The position numbers and the translations under genes are program-made. This document shows, one piece after another, positions 10,686-21,053 of a DNA stretch of 64,000 nucleotides. The DNA is from a virus. Every line of letters begins with the position of its first letter. Position 1 is the stretch's first letter. The notes under the pieces were generated by a model that saw nothing but the letters and a program-made list of their open reading frames with translations, searched no databases and was not told the origin of the DNA. The stretch is taken from positions 38,628 to 102,627 of the IMG/VR virus record IMGVR_UViG_3300032304_002264, one strand, 5' to 3'.

Positions 10686-12989
10686 ATGATGGAACTAGAT
10701 CAACAAAATTGGACATTTAGCGCTTTAGAATCTTGGCTGGAGGTCTCTAAGATTGCCAGATCCAAAAATCACAAAATCACTAATATTTATCATCTTTTTG
10801 TTTCTCTGTGGGAGAGAAGCAGCTCTAATTTCTTAGAATTTATAGACAACAGGGGTCTCGCGATTAAGCCGAGGACTATACACGCCATTGTTGACAAATT
10901 CGCCAAAAAGAATCCAGACATGTTTTTGAACTCCCAAATGGAGTCGATTATTCAAAAAGAAATTGAAAATTGCGTTGATAAAGCTTCCCTCTTAGCCAAC
11001 AAGCATGGTAATTTATTTATTGGAACCGAGCATTTTATTTGGAGCATTCTCGAATGCTCAGAAAAGTTTTGCGAATGTTTGCTAGAAAACGGGATAGATA
11101 CGGAGCATTTTAAAAATTGTATTGAAGCGTTTTTAACAAGCGATGCTTTGTCGATTGAAGAGGATGAGGACTTTGATGAATCAGGCGAAGTTGCTCATAA
11201 AGATGCAAACGAAGAGCAGCAGCGGCTTAATGAATCTCAAATCAAGAGATTTTGCACTCTCTTGAACGAGACGGTTACAAAGAGCGACTTTGGCGTGATT
11301 TCGGGACGAGATAAAGAAATCAGCGATCTTGAAGAGATATTAAGCTGCAAAATTAAAAGCAATTGCATTCTAGTGGGAGAAGCTGGCACGGGAAAAACTT
11401 CGGTGGTTGAAGGTTTGGCTCAAAATATTTCTTCTCCAAAATATACAGGATCTCTTAAAAATAAAAAGATCTATTCGCTAGATATATGCGCCCTAATCGC
11501 TGGTAGCAAATATCGAGGTCAATTTGAAATGAGGCTCAACAAACTTCTGGAAGAGTTAAAAGCAGATCCGAATGCGATATTATTTATAGATGAAATTCAC
11601 AATATCGTCGGAGCGGGATCAGGAAGAGACAATTCCCCCGATTTATCCAATTCGATTAAGCCAGCGTTAGCTCGCGGTGAAATCAAATGCATAGGAGCTA
11701 CGACATTTTCAGAATACAAGAAATATATTGAAAATGACCCCGCTTTAGCTCGAAGATTTTATACTTTAGAGATTAAAGACCCCGATATAGATCGAATGAA
11801 AGATATCGCTCTTAAAGCTTTACCAAGTTATGAAAATTACCATAAGATAAAATTCCCCAAAAAACTGTTGAAAACATCAATCGACATGTGCGAAACCTAC
11901 TTGCCGCACAAAAGATTCATCGACAAAGCTTTTGATGTGATTGATCGCTCTTTTGCTAGAGCAAAAATTAGAATTTTAAGTTCCGATGATCAAGTGCAGG
12001 AAGAAATTCCTCAAACAGTTGTTCTCGAAGATCTATTGCAAGCTGTTGCTAATCTGTCAGGAATCAGTGCAGATATTCTAAAAAACAATTTAGAAAAAAA
12101 GTTTTCCAATTTGGCCACTAATTTTAAAAAAGAAATTTTTGGACAGGACAAGGCTATTGATAAAATATATAATTGCCTCGCTTGCGCCAAGGCTGGACTG
12201 AACTCCGAGAACAGACCTCTTTCTAGCTTTTTGTTTGTTGGTCCAACAAGCGTTGGTAAAACCTATACCGCTAAAAAAATCGCCAAAGAATTCTTCGGCA
12301 ATGACAGAAGTTATCTTCAGCTCAATATGAGCGAGTATCAAGAGCCAGCGTCCATATCGCGCCTTCTAGGAGCTAGCGCGGGATACGTTGGATTTAGCGA
12401 TGGAGGAACCCTCACCGAGTTTGTTCGCCAGAATCCCAATAGTCTTATTTTGTTTGATGAAATTGAGAAGGGAGATTTCTCCGTTTTGAATGTTCTTCTC
12501 CAAATTTTAGACGAAGGCAAATTACGAGATGGGCAGGGTCGCGAAATTGACTTTTCGCGCACGATTCTTGTTCTTACCAGTAATATTGGAGCGTCAGAAG
12601 CGGGTAAATCGTCTATGGGATTCATCTCTAATCCAGATGACCCAGTAAACGTTTTTGAATCATCCGTCAAAAGAACACTGTCTCCAGAAATGCGGTCGCG
12701 TATTGATGAGACTATTGTGTTCGAAAAAATCAATGAAGAGGCTATCTCTAAAATCTTTGATCGACACGTTGCCGAAATGAAAGAAAAAGCGCATAAAAAA
12801 GGAATAAAAATTGACTGCCAAATTAAAATATCCGATCTGGTAATCGACAGCAGCAAGCTTCACGCCCGCGAAATTAAAAATATATTTAGAAACGAAGTTC
12901 AGACAAAAGTTGCACAATTCATCGCTTCTGGCAAAAAAAATCGCAATTTGAAGATAAAAGTTGTTGACAAAAAGGTTCAGTTGTCTTAG
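10686..12989 (+). CDS. ClpA/B/C-family AAA+ ATPase
   Basis: Clp-N domain; two NBDs (GEAGTGKT, GPTSVGKT); FIDEIH, FDEIEK, YRGQFE. Confidence 0.93.
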   Translation: MMELDQQNWTFSALESWLEVSKIARSKNHKITNIYHLFVSLWERSSSNFLEFIDNRGLAIKPRTIHAIVDKFAKKNPDMFLNSQMESIIQKEIENCVDKASLLANKHGNLFIGTEHFIWSILECSEKFCECLLENGIDTEHFKNCIEAFLTSDALSIEEDEDFDESGEVAHKDANEEQQRLNESQIKRFCTLLNETVTKSDFGVISGRDKEISDLEEILSCKIKSNCILVGEAGTGKTSVVEGLAQNISSPKYTGSLKNKKIYSLDICALIAGSKYRGQFEMRLNKLLEELKADPNAILFIDEIHNIVGAGSGRDNSPDLSNSIKPALARGEIKCIGATTFSEYKKYIENDPALARRFYTLEIKDPDIDRMKDIALKALPSYENYHKIKFPKKLLKTSIDMCETYLPHKRFIDKAFDVIDRSFARAKIRILSSDDQVQEEIPQTVVLEDLLQAVANLSGISADILKNNLEKKFSNLATNFKKEIFGQDKAIDKIYNCLACAKAGLNSENRPLSSFLFVGPTSVGKTYTAKKIAKEFFGNDRSYLQLNMSEYQEPASISRLLGASAGYVGFSDGGTLTEFVRQNPNSLILFDEIEKGDFSVLNVLLQILDEGKLRDGQGREIDFSRTILVLTSNIGASEAGKSSMGFISNPDDPVNVFESSVKRTLSPEMRSRIDETIVFEKINEEAISKIFDRHVAEMKEKAHKKGIKIDCQIKISDLVIDSSKLHAREIKNIFRNEVQTKVAQFIASGKKNRNLKIKVVDKKVQLS

Positions 12990-13001
12990 TATATCGGCGC
13001 A

Positions 13002-13223
13002 ATGAAAAAACAAATTAAGCAATCAGCATTTGATGTAATGAAGCAAACACAAGGACGATTCTTCGGACTTTATCTAAAGGATGGAGAAACAATCAACGCT
13101 CAGTTTCGGCAAGAAACTGCGAAGACTGTCCTAGTCTATGATAGGAATAACGGTATCGACAGACGAATCAATAAGTCGAAGATTAATTTTATTTACTCCA
13201 AAAATACGCCGTTTTTCGCATAA
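13002..13223 (+). CDS. hypothetical protein
   Basis: ORF between a TTGACA promoter and a terminator. Confidence 0.65.
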   Translation: MKKQIKQSAFDVMKQTQGRFFGLYLKDGETINAQFRQETAKTVLVYDRNNGIDRRINKSKINFIYSKNTPFFA

Positions 13224-13246
13224 ACTTGGCATCTCGCATCAAACTC

Positions 13247-13277
13247 AAAAACCCAGTGGAAACACTGGGTTTTTTTT
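13247..13277. terminator. intrinsic terminator, probably bidirectional
   Basis: aaaaacccagtg-gaaa-cactgggtttttttt. Confidence 0.85.
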
Positions 13278-13289
13278 ATACAATATAAA

Positions 13290-14360
13290 GTGCAACCTAA
13301 AGAATTAACCAATAAGCCCTACGTGTTCTCTTCAGATAACAAAGATTCTGAGGCGGCTCTATTTGCGGAAAAAGTTCTTAAAAAGATTGGGTTCGCTTCG
13401 GTTGAGGACGTTTGCTTTTTAGATTCACAGATGGACTTCGACTGCTTGAAAGCGGTGATTGATGGCGAGCCTAGATATTTTAAGTATTCGCTGGATGGAG
13501 AAGGTTCTTTTTTCGCTCACGAGTTCGATATTCTTAAACAGCTATCTCCATTTGCGCCAGTTCCTCATAAGCACGGAAAAATCAAATATGGAGACTCTTT
13601 GCAATACATCATCACTTCTCTTGAAGTGGCGGAAACCGTTGCGGAATTCGGAACAGCTTCCATTTTAGAACATAAAGATTCTTTTCTATTTTCTTTTGAT
13701 AAATTGCGCGGCGTGTCAGTTGATAGGAATTTTTCTCATCATATAAATGATATTTTTGATCGCTGTGATATAGACAAACTGCCCGAACACTCAATAGAAG
13801 CTATCAGCAGCAATTCCGATATAAACATTTTGCGCTCAATCGTTGCCATTCTAAAAGACGAAATCAATTATCTTTCGCGGCAGAGTTTATGTAAAAGCTC
13901 TGATTTTTGTCATGGAAACTTGACTCCAAATAACATTTTAATAAAAAACAATCTATTTAAATTTCAGCACCTACAAGCTGGCTACATGGGAAATCAATTG
14001 TTCGATCTGTGCTATTTGTTTATTAATATGGGAATCCCCCTAGAATATCAGCGACAGTTCGCGATGGACTATAAATCTCTTTTCCCCGATTTTAATCAAG
14101 AGAAATTCACCGAAGAGTATAACTTTTGCTTCAATTTAATGCTTCGGCTGTTTGTTTTTGAAACGATTTTTAATTATCTGTGCGAAATATATCTATACGA
14201 AAATTCGCGCCCTTTAAAAATTCTACAGACTGTCAGCGTTTTTCTACGCAATGAAGAAGCTTTGACGATGATACCAAGCCTTAATCAATACACTTCGTTT
14301 TTAGTTAGAGATATCATGGAGCCTTTGATTGGTTCTGGTCGAAACAACGCAGATTCGTAA
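13290..14360 (+). CDS. APH/choline-kinase-like phosphotransferase, degenerate catalytic motif
   Basis: FCHGNLTPNNIL (HGD replaced by HGN), FDL, N-lobe K and E. Confidence 0.65.
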   Translation: MQPKELTNKPYVFSSDNKDSEAALFAEKVLKKIGFASVEDVCFLDSQMDFDCLKAVIDGEPRYFKYSLDGEGSFFAHEFDILKQLSPFAPVPHKHGKIKYGDSLQYIITSLEVAETVAEFGTASILEHKDSFLFSFDKLRGVSVDRNFSHHINDIFDRCDIDKLPEHSIEAISSNSDINILRSIVAILKDEINYLSRQSLCKSSDFCHGNLTPNNILIKNNLFKFQHLQAGYMGNQLFDLCYLFINMGIPLEYQRQFAMDYKSLFPDFNQEKFTEEYNFCFNLMLRLFVFETIFNYLCEIYLYENSRPLKILQTVSVFLRNEEALTMIPSLNQYTSFLVRDIMEPLIGSGRNNADS

Positions 14361-14367
14361 GAAAATC

Positions 14368-14718
14368 CTATTCGTCAGGGAAAATCTCTTCCTCCACCAC
14401 TGGCGGTGTATAAACAATCTCAGCACTGCCATCTTGTGCAAATGATACGCTATATCCTGTTGGAACACCCAGCGGCACATATCCATCAATTTTGCTGGCA
14501 AGAAACGCCTGTGCTTCCGCCGAATCGGTAAACACTTTGAGTGCTTGTGTTCCAAGCAAACCGACCTTGACGCTTGGGCTTGCCTCTCCATACCAAAAAG
14601 CGTCATACGCTTGTTGGGTGAATGATTGTAGTTGTCTCAGTGCATTTTCAGCATGAGTGTTCATGGCGTTGACTTCTGCAATCGCTTTTAGTTCTTCTGT
14701 TTTTATTACGTTATACAT
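14368..14718 (-). CDS. hypothetical protein, possible fibre chaperone
   Basis: directly downstream of the fibre gene. Confidence 0.6.
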   Translation of the reverse strand: MYNVIKTEELKAIAEVNAMNTHAENALRQLQSFTQQAYDAFWYGEASPSVKVGLLGTQALKVFTDSAEAQAFLASKIDGYVPLGVPTGYSVSFAQDGSAEIVYTPPVVEEEIFPDE

Positions 14719-14722
14719 AATT

Positions 14723-17212
14723 TCAGTATCTGTTTGTCATAATATACGGGCTATTGAAATTGATCCCTAAAAATCCAAGACCAGTGATATCCGCTCCTGC
14801 CATAATCCCAATTTGAGGTCTTGTTCCCAATTGATAGGTGGTTGCATTAGTTCCTACTCCAAGTCCAGTAAGCGTTAATGATGCGGTGGCTGAAGGAGTG
14901 CCAAGATGCAAAGTAATTGTTCTGCTTGTGAAGTTGTATTTAATAAAAAATTTGTAAAAAGTATATGGATTAACTTCAACAATTGCTGAAGATATTTTTT
15001 GACATCCCCCACCTGAAGTATAAGCGCCGTTTCCAGTGCTTCCATTTAATATGAATGTATTTGTGGTGACTCCAGATATTGTAAAAACACCGTTTGCCGC
15101 TGTATTTCCACCAACTCCCGTTATTTCAACTAAATCTCCGTTTTGGTGATTATGACCATTGTATGTTATGACAATAGGAGAAGCATTTGTCGCGTTGCTT
15201 ATGTTTGTATTATTTAAATTACATGTTCTTCCAACAAGTTGAATTTGATATGTATTGTTGACAGGATGCTTGGACATTTTTATACCATATCCAGAGGACG
15301 AAATCAAGGAGCCTAATCTACCATTAAGAGTTCCGCTAGTGGCTACGTTTCCGAGAACAACTCGCAAAATTGCGTCTCTGGCGGTATTGTTGCTAAACGT
15401 CATTAAATCAAATCCTAAAATATGATTTACTCTCCAATCTATCATAGCTCCACCTCCAGCATTATTGCTTGATAAATTGTTGCCGTGTGCGCTTATAGTC
15501 GGGAAATTGAATATCGCGTGTGCGCCTGCATCATTAGCTACTGGAGCAGTGCCGAAACCAATACTTCCATTATTCATAAAAAATTGGCCATTAGTTTGTG
15601 TTCCGTTTGCTGCAAACACAGATGTTTGAGCGAAACACTGTCTTATTTCCATCATTCTTTCATCAAACAATTCGTTTGTAACGACACCTTTTGCCGTTGA
15701 AGCATTCAATGATGGTTGAGCCGTAGCAGTAACAGGGTTACTAAAAGCAAACGCAGCACCCGAACCAACAGCATCTAGAGTAACCAGACCAGACGCATTG
15801 ACTGTGGTGCTTAAATAGTTTGAAGCATCATAGCCTAGACGCAATTGTTCCGTAGTAGATACTGCGTGGAGTTTGGCAGAAGGCGATGTTGTGCCGATGC
15901 CCACATTATCTGCAAATGTTTTTACACCCGATATATTTTGATCTCCAGTCGTATAAACAATATTATTTATTCCTGTAATGAAACCGCTGGGGTTACTCCT
16001 TGGGTAGAATTGACCAGTCTGCGATTGAGCGATAAATACTCCTGTTTCGCTTGGGCGAACTACCTCGCCAGTTACATATCCAGACAAATCAACGCCCGTT
16101 ATGAATCCAGAAGGATTACTAGCGGCATAGAACTGCCCCGTTTGAGATTGAGTAACGAACACTCCTGTTTCGCTGGGGCGCACAACACTTCCAGTCACAT
16201 AAGAACCTGTTTGATTATTTAAATTAGTGATTTGCGGTTGTAAATATCCGCTCAAAGCTGCAATCTCCTCAACTGAACCTATTGTCGCCAGAGGAGACAA
16301 ATCGCTAGCTCTCGTAGAGATTCCAAATTTAAATTTATTAGAGTGGTCGAAACCAATAATTGCGCCAGAATCATTTATTCCAGTTAATCCTGAGCCAGTA
16401 ACAAAAAATAAACCGCCATCAAATGCGCCGCCTGTTAAATTTAATAATAAGTATGGACTTTGGACATTCGAAACAGTGGAATTCGCTACTGTCTGGGTTC
16501 CAGTGACAAATAAATGATTAATATAAACATCATTAGAGAAAGTTTTATTTCCATAAATTGTTTGATTGCTATTGAAATCGACGTATCTATTATCTGCTGC
16601 GCCAGTTGTTAAAAACTTACCAGTATTATAATTCAAATCAGTGATTTGATTTTGGATAGACCCACTTATTCCCGTAACAAATCCTATGGTAGCATAAGAA
16701 GAAAGATCTACTCCCGTAATGTATCCCGAAGGGTTATTTCTTGGGTAATAGCTTCCCGTTTGATTGTTTAAGTTGGTCACTTGATTTTGCAGATGACCGC
16801 TAATACCAGTTGAGAAAGAAATGGTGGAATAGTTAGATAAATCAACTCCCGTGATATATCCAGAAGGATTACTTGTGGGATAAAACACTCCCGTTTCATT
16901 TGGGCGAATCACGCTACCAGTAGTTAAATTAAAATACTGACCAGACGACAGATGATAATATTGATTAGCGGCTCCACCCTGTAAATCGCCGAAAGTGTTG
17001 TGCAGAAGCTCTCCACTTACGCCGCTCAAATAAACTATATTGATTCCATTGTAAAAAACAGACGGATTCAACAGCACGTTGTTAACGTCGTCTTCAATTG
17101 TTATTGAATTTTGTTGATTCTGGCCTATATCCAGCGACACAGCGCTATCTGAATTATTTATATTAATAATTGTCGATGGATCTTGCGCTACATTTATTAC
17201 AAATTCATTCAT
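14723..17212 (-). CDS. tail fibre-like virion protein
   Basis: repeated TGxFYPxSNPSG(F/Y)ITG and QxIxGxKTF motifs, NVGIGTTSP, C-terminal ATNASPIVIT beta domain. Confidence 0.75.
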   Translation of the reverse strand: MNEFVINVAQDPSTIININNSDSAVSLDIGQNQQNSITIEDDVNNVLLNPSVFYNGINIVYLSGVSGELLHNTFGDLQGGAANQYYHLSSGQYFNLTTGSVIRPNETGVFYPTSNPSGYITGVDLSNYSTISFSTGISGHLQNQVTNLNNQTGSYYPRNNPSGYITGVDLSSYATIGFVTGISGSIQNQITDLNYNTGKFLTTGAADNRYVDFNSNQTIYGNKTFSNDVYINHLFVTGTQTVANSTVSNVQSPYLLLNLTGGAFDGGLFFVTGSGLTGINDSGAIIGFDHSNKFKFGISTRASDLSPLATIGSVEEIAALSGYLQPQITNLNNQTGSYVTGSVVRPSETGVFVTQSQTGQFYAASNPSGFITGVDLSGYVTGEVVRPSETGVFIAQSQTGQFYPRSNPSGFITGINNIVYTTGDQNISGVKTFADNVGIGTTSPSAKLHAVSTTEQLRLGYDASNYLSTTVNASGLVTLDAVGSGAAFAFSNPVTATAQPSLNASTAKGVVTNELFDERMMEIRQCFAQTSVFAANGTQTNGQFFMNNGSIGFGTAPVANDAGAHAIFNFPTISAHGNNLSSNNAGGGAMIDWRVNHILGFDLMTFSNNTARDAILRVVLGNVATSGTLNGRLGSLISSSGYGIKMSKHPVNNTYQIQLVGRTCNLNNTNISNATNASPIVITYNGHNHQNGDLVEITGVGGNTAANGVFTISGVTTNTFILNGSTGNGAYTSGGGCQKISSAIVEVNPYTFYKFFIKYNFTSRTITLHLGTPSATASLTLTGLGVGTNATTYQLGTRPQIGIMAGADITGLGFLGINFNSPYIMTNRY

Positions 17213-17544
17213 GGATAAGTTGCGGATTTAACGACATCAACAGTGCCATACATAAGTTTGTCTGGGCATTCTCCAGATTTGTCCGCATATAAATCCCAAT
17301 AACATGGCGACAAATCAAGATTCGACGTTTGAGCGGAGCTTAAACTGATCTTTGCGATGCCGCTTGGTATGCTGATAATTTGAGTGGTCAGCACAGCCTG
17401 TAAAGCATCATCAAAATTTCTGCGAATCTGCCCAGTTAAAGTGACTCCGCTTAAATTGTAAATACCATTATTCCGCTGAATAGTAAGCGTCAAATCGTAG
17501 CAGGATCTTTGTTCGATAGTTATTCCAGTGAAAGCAGCACTCAT
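17209..17544 (-). CDS. BppU-like fibre/baseplate accessory protein
   Basis: YNLSG..LTGQIRR, ISLSSAQT..L, YWDL, GTV pattern. Confidence 0.6.
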   Translation of the reverse strand: MSAAFTGITIEQRSCYDLTLTIQRNNGIYNLSGVTLTGQIRRNFDDALQAVLTTQIISIPSGIAKISLSSAQTSNLDLSPCYWDLYADKSGECPDKLMYGTVDVVKSATYP

Positions 17545-17553
17545 CGAAGACTA

Positions 17554-17964
17554 TTACACCCAATCAATCTCGTCTAGAGAATATTTACACGTAAGCTCTT
17601 CCCCTATTTCGATTTTTTTTGCGGCATAATAAATATCCCGCTCTCTATCGTGGATTAAATTTGGCTCGTCGGAATGGTTTACGAAATAAGCCGCGCCAAT
17701 GTCGTTTATGTAGCAGTCTATCCAAAAGCCGTATTCATTATTGTTGCAGATTTTTTTAATATAGTTTATCACATCACTTTCAACACTGAGAAGTTCGCTC
17801 CAACGCACAAAATGAGTGTCTTTGGGAGCGAAAACCACTTCGCCTTTATCAATTTCCGTGATAGCTTCGACACCTACGCCAGCGCCGACAATAGAGCTGG
17901 GAATGAGTTTCACCAACGCACCACTGCGTATTTGGCTAATTAATTGATGTTTATTAAACAACAT
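17554..17964 (-). CDS. SET-domain lysine methyltransferase
   Basis: GVGVEA..EIDKGEV, FVNHSDEPN, IEIGEELTCKY. Confidence 0.88.
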   Translation of the reverse strand: MLFNKHQLISQIRSGALVKLIPSSIVGAGVGVEAITEIDKGEVVFAPKDTHFVRWSELLSVESDVINYIKKICNNNEYGFWIDCYINDIGAAYFVNHSDEPNLIHDRERDIYYAAKKIEIGEELTCKYSLDEIDWV

Positions 17965-18601
17965 CTTTGGCTTCTTGGGGTTTTTCTGTAAATTCGGTCA
18001 TGTAGCTATAGTCGGTAAATAGAGTCCGTTTATTTTCCACGCTATATACAGTCAAATCAATTTTATATCCAGGATTTTTGTCAATGGGGCTATCTACCCA
18101 CGCATTGTCGTGCCACACAATTCGGTTATTGGGATAAGCATAAAAGTTACCATTGTCCATTTTGAACACATGAGCGCATTTATGCTCTGATGTTTCAGAG
18201 AAATTAGTGTCCAAGATGCTTTTATTCTCCCAGCCCCAATCTAGCGTAAACATGTATTCTCCAGCCTCTTTAGTGTTTTGCGGTGTGATGAGCAAAGCTC
18301 TAAGCCCTTTCATGCGAGCGCGAAATTGAACGTCGATATATGGACTAAAGCAATCCCAATACATCGCATGTTCAAGCGGAACTGGATCGCACGGCTTCCA
18401 ACAAAATGCCGTGATGGGTCTGCGCGTCCAATTAACCCCATTTGTTAAAAACGCCTCAAATAAAGGAACCCTTTTTTCAATAGATGCCACGGAATGAACA
18501 TCGCATGAAGTGTATTCGCCATGCCCCTTTTCATGATTAAAAAGATATTCGTTGCGCAATAAGCAGGTAATCGTGGGAATATTATGATTTAAGTATGGCA
18601 C
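17954..18601 (-). CDS. phage hypothetical protein
   Basis: GTG start 8 nt after GTGTAA; WDCFS, HKCAH, YPNNRI. Confidence 0.7.
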   Translation of the reverse strand: MPYLNHNIPTITCLLRNEYLFNHEKGHGEYTSCDVHSVASIEKRVPLFEAFLTNGVNWTRRPITAFCWKPCDPVPLEHAMYWDCFSPYIDVQFRARMKGLRALLITPQNTKEAGEYMFTLDWGWENKSILDTNFSETSEHKCAHVFKMDNGNFYAYPNNRIVWHDNAWVDSPIDKNPGYKIDLTVYSVENKRTLFTDYSYMTEFTEKPQEAKDVV

Positions 18602-18655
18602 ATAATATCTTACACTTTGGATGGAAAAATTCAACTATGTATTTAAAATCAGAAT

Positions 18656-19138
18656 ATGATTCAACTTTACAAGCCCAATTCAAAAAATAGTGGTTGCGCA
18701 TTCTCCTTTCGTTTCGGAACGTCTGGCAAATTCAAAGAACCGTGTCTTTATGTCAATGCAATTATGCAGCATTCTTGGAACGAGAAAACCAAGAACGGTT
18801 CTTTTTCGGAGAATGTCAAAAACCCCGAAAAAACTGCAATCATTAAACTCAACGAGTTTGAAGTGGGAGGCATCATCAATGCAATTGAAAACTACTGCGA
18901 ATACAAAGCATTCCACAGCCACGAAACCAACAAGACCGCCATCTCTTTTAAACCATACGCGAAAAGCGATGGATCTAAAGCGTTCTCATTTTCAATTACC
19001 AAAAACTCAGCTTTAAAATTCGGTATCGGTATCGAACCTGGGGAAGCTTATGCAATTCGAGAATTCTGTAAAATGATTTTGCAGAAACTTTACGAAGCTC
19101 GCACAAACGCTCAAACACAAAATCGCAGCGATGACTAA
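18656..19138 (+). CDS. putative Whirly/PC4-like ssDNA-binding protein
   Basis: two repeats of a beta4-alpha pattern; KLNEFEVGGII..KAFH resembles plant Whirly. Confidence 0.5.
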   Translation: MIQLYKPNSKNSGCAFSFRFGTSGKFKEPCLYVNAIMQHSWNEKTKNGSFSENVKNPEKTAIIKLNEFEVGGIINAIENYCEYKAFHSHETNKTAISFKPYAKSDGSKAFSFSITKNSALKFGIGIEPGEAYAIREFCKMILQKLYEARTNAQTQNRSDD

Positions 19139-19157
19139 AAGTTAAATTATCAATAAA

Positions 19158-21053
19158 ATGGATTCTACTAGAAAAAAAAGAGTGCTTTGTCATTCAAATT
19201 TTTGCAAGGCTTTTACAGGCTTCGGCAAGCATAAAAAGAATATCTTGCGCTATCTGTTTAATACGGGTAAGTATGAAGTCTTTGAACTTGCCAATGGGCT
19301 AATGAGAAGCTGTCCAGAGGCGAGCAGCACTCCATGGACTACCTACGGCTCTTTGCCTGATGTTCAAAAGATGGCGGAAATTAATCAAGATCAACATCAG
19401 CAGCGCCAAGCTGCATATGGAGCTTTTGGTATAGACGATGTTATCAATACTGTGCGCCCTGATGTCTATATCGGTATCGAGGATATTTGGGCATTTGATG
19501 GTTTTTATGAAAAGCCTTGGTGGAATAGAGTGAATTCAATGATTTGGACTACGCTTGATAGCTTGCCTATTCTGCAATCAGCTATTGATGCCGCGCCGAA
19601 AATCAAACATTATTATGTGTGGTCTTCTTTTGCGGAAAAAGCGTTCCAAAAAATGGGCTACAATCATATCAAGACTCTGCACGGAAGCTTAGACGTTAAT
19701 CAATTCTATCGGATGGACGATCATAGACGCGCAGCATTGCGCCAGAAGTTTAATCTTTCCGACGAGTTTATCGTAGGCTTTGTGTTTAGAAACCAACTGA
19801 GAAAAAGCGTTCCCAATTTGCTGGAAGGTTTTAAAATTTTTAAACAGCAAGTCCCAAATGCCAAACTTTTGCTTCACACTCACTGGTCGGAAGGGTGGGA
19901 TATCCCAACGCTTCTACAAGAAAAAAATATTGATAGCAAAGACGTTCTAACTACTTACTTTTGTCATCAATGCAAAAGTTATTTTGTTTCTCCATTTATC
20001 GGTCAAGATCGCGACTGCCCTTCGTGCGGCGGCAAAAAAACAGTAAGCACTACGAATATCAGCAACGGAGCCAGCGAAAGCCAATTGAATGAAATCTACA
20101 ACCTCATGGATGTATATTGCCACCCATTCACAAGTGGTGGTCAAGAAATTCCAATTCAAGAAGCGAAACTGGCAGAGCTGATTACTCTCGTCACCAACTA
20201 TTCATGTGGCGAAGAATACTGCACGGAAGAAAGCGGCGGCTTGCCTCTTAATTGGGCGGAATACCGAGAGCCAGGAACTCAATTTATTAAAGCTTCTACC
20301 GATCCTAATCATATCGCCGAACAGTTACTTGCTGTTTATAATATGCCTTCGATTGAGAGAGCGGCAATCGGCATCAAGGCTCGTCAGTTTGTAATAGACG
20401 AATGTTCGATTGAAGCAATCGGCCAAGAGCTTGAATCAATTATTGATTCTATGCCCGAAGTCGATTACGACTTCGACAATCCTCCTCCGCGATTCAATTC
20501 TGAATATCAGCCCGATTTCCAAGCGGATGAAAAAGACTTTATTATTTCTCTCCACAAAGAAATGCTGGGAGAAACAATAGATGAAAATCACACTTCATTT
20601 AAAGTATGGAGAAGCAAATTGCAGCAAGAAATCAATCGAGAACAAATGCATCACCATTTTCGCCAAGTGTGTTTACAGCAACAGCATAAACCAATTGATT
20701 TTGAAAGCGTTTTGGAAAAAGACGACGAAGGCAGACGCATTTGCGTTTTGGTGCAAGGCGGAGAATCGGACGTTCTTTTATTGAACGGTCTGATGGAGAA
20801 TCTGCACAAGCAATATCCGAATTACAATATTTATTTCGCTACGCGACAAGAATATTTTCCGTTGATTGAAGACAATCCTTTTATTCACAAATGTATTTTA
20901 TATTCTGAAATGCTAGAAAATTCATTTATTTTAGAGGGAGCGGGTGATCACAAGGGATACTTCGACATAGCCTTCATGCCGACCACTACAACTCAAAAAA
21001 ATATTTGCTATATTCATGGTGGCAAAGATAAAATTCAATTCAATTTACAATGA
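19158..21053 (+). CDS. GT4-type glycosyltransferase with Zn ribbon and GT9-like C-terminal domain
   Basis: RNQLRK, YNLMDVYCHP..GGQEIPIQEA, CxxC..CPSC. Confidence 0.8.
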   Translation: MDSTRKKRVLCHSNFCKAFTGFGKHKKNILRYLFNTGKYEVFELANGLMRSCPEASSTPWTTYGSLPDVQKMAEINQDQHQQRQAAYGAFGIDDVINTVRPDVYIGIEDIWAFDGFYEKPWWNRVNSMIWTTLDSLPILQSAIDAAPKIKHYYVWSSFAEKAFQKMGYNHIKTLHGSLDVNQFYRMDDHRRAALRQKFNLSDEFIVGFVFRNQLRKSVPNLLEGFKIFKQQVPNAKLLLHTHWSEGWDIPTLLQEKNIDSKDVLTTYFCHQCKSYFVSPFIGQDRDCPSCGGKKTVSTTNISNGASESQLNEIYNLMDVYCHPFTSGGQEIPIQEAKLAELITLVTNYSCGEEYCTEESGGLPLNWAEYREPGTQFIKASTDPNHIAEQLLAVYNMPSIERAAIGIKARQFVIDECSIEAIGQELESIIDSMPEVDYDFDNPPPRFNSEYQPDFQADEKDFIISLHKEMLGETIDENHTSFKVWRSKLQQEINREQMHHHFRQVCLQQQHKPIDFESVLEKDDEGRRICVLVQGGESDVLLLNGLMENLHKQYPNYNIYFATRQEYFPLIEDNPFIHKCILYSEMLENSFILEGAGDHKGYFDIAFMPTTTTQKNICYIHGGKDKIQFNLQ

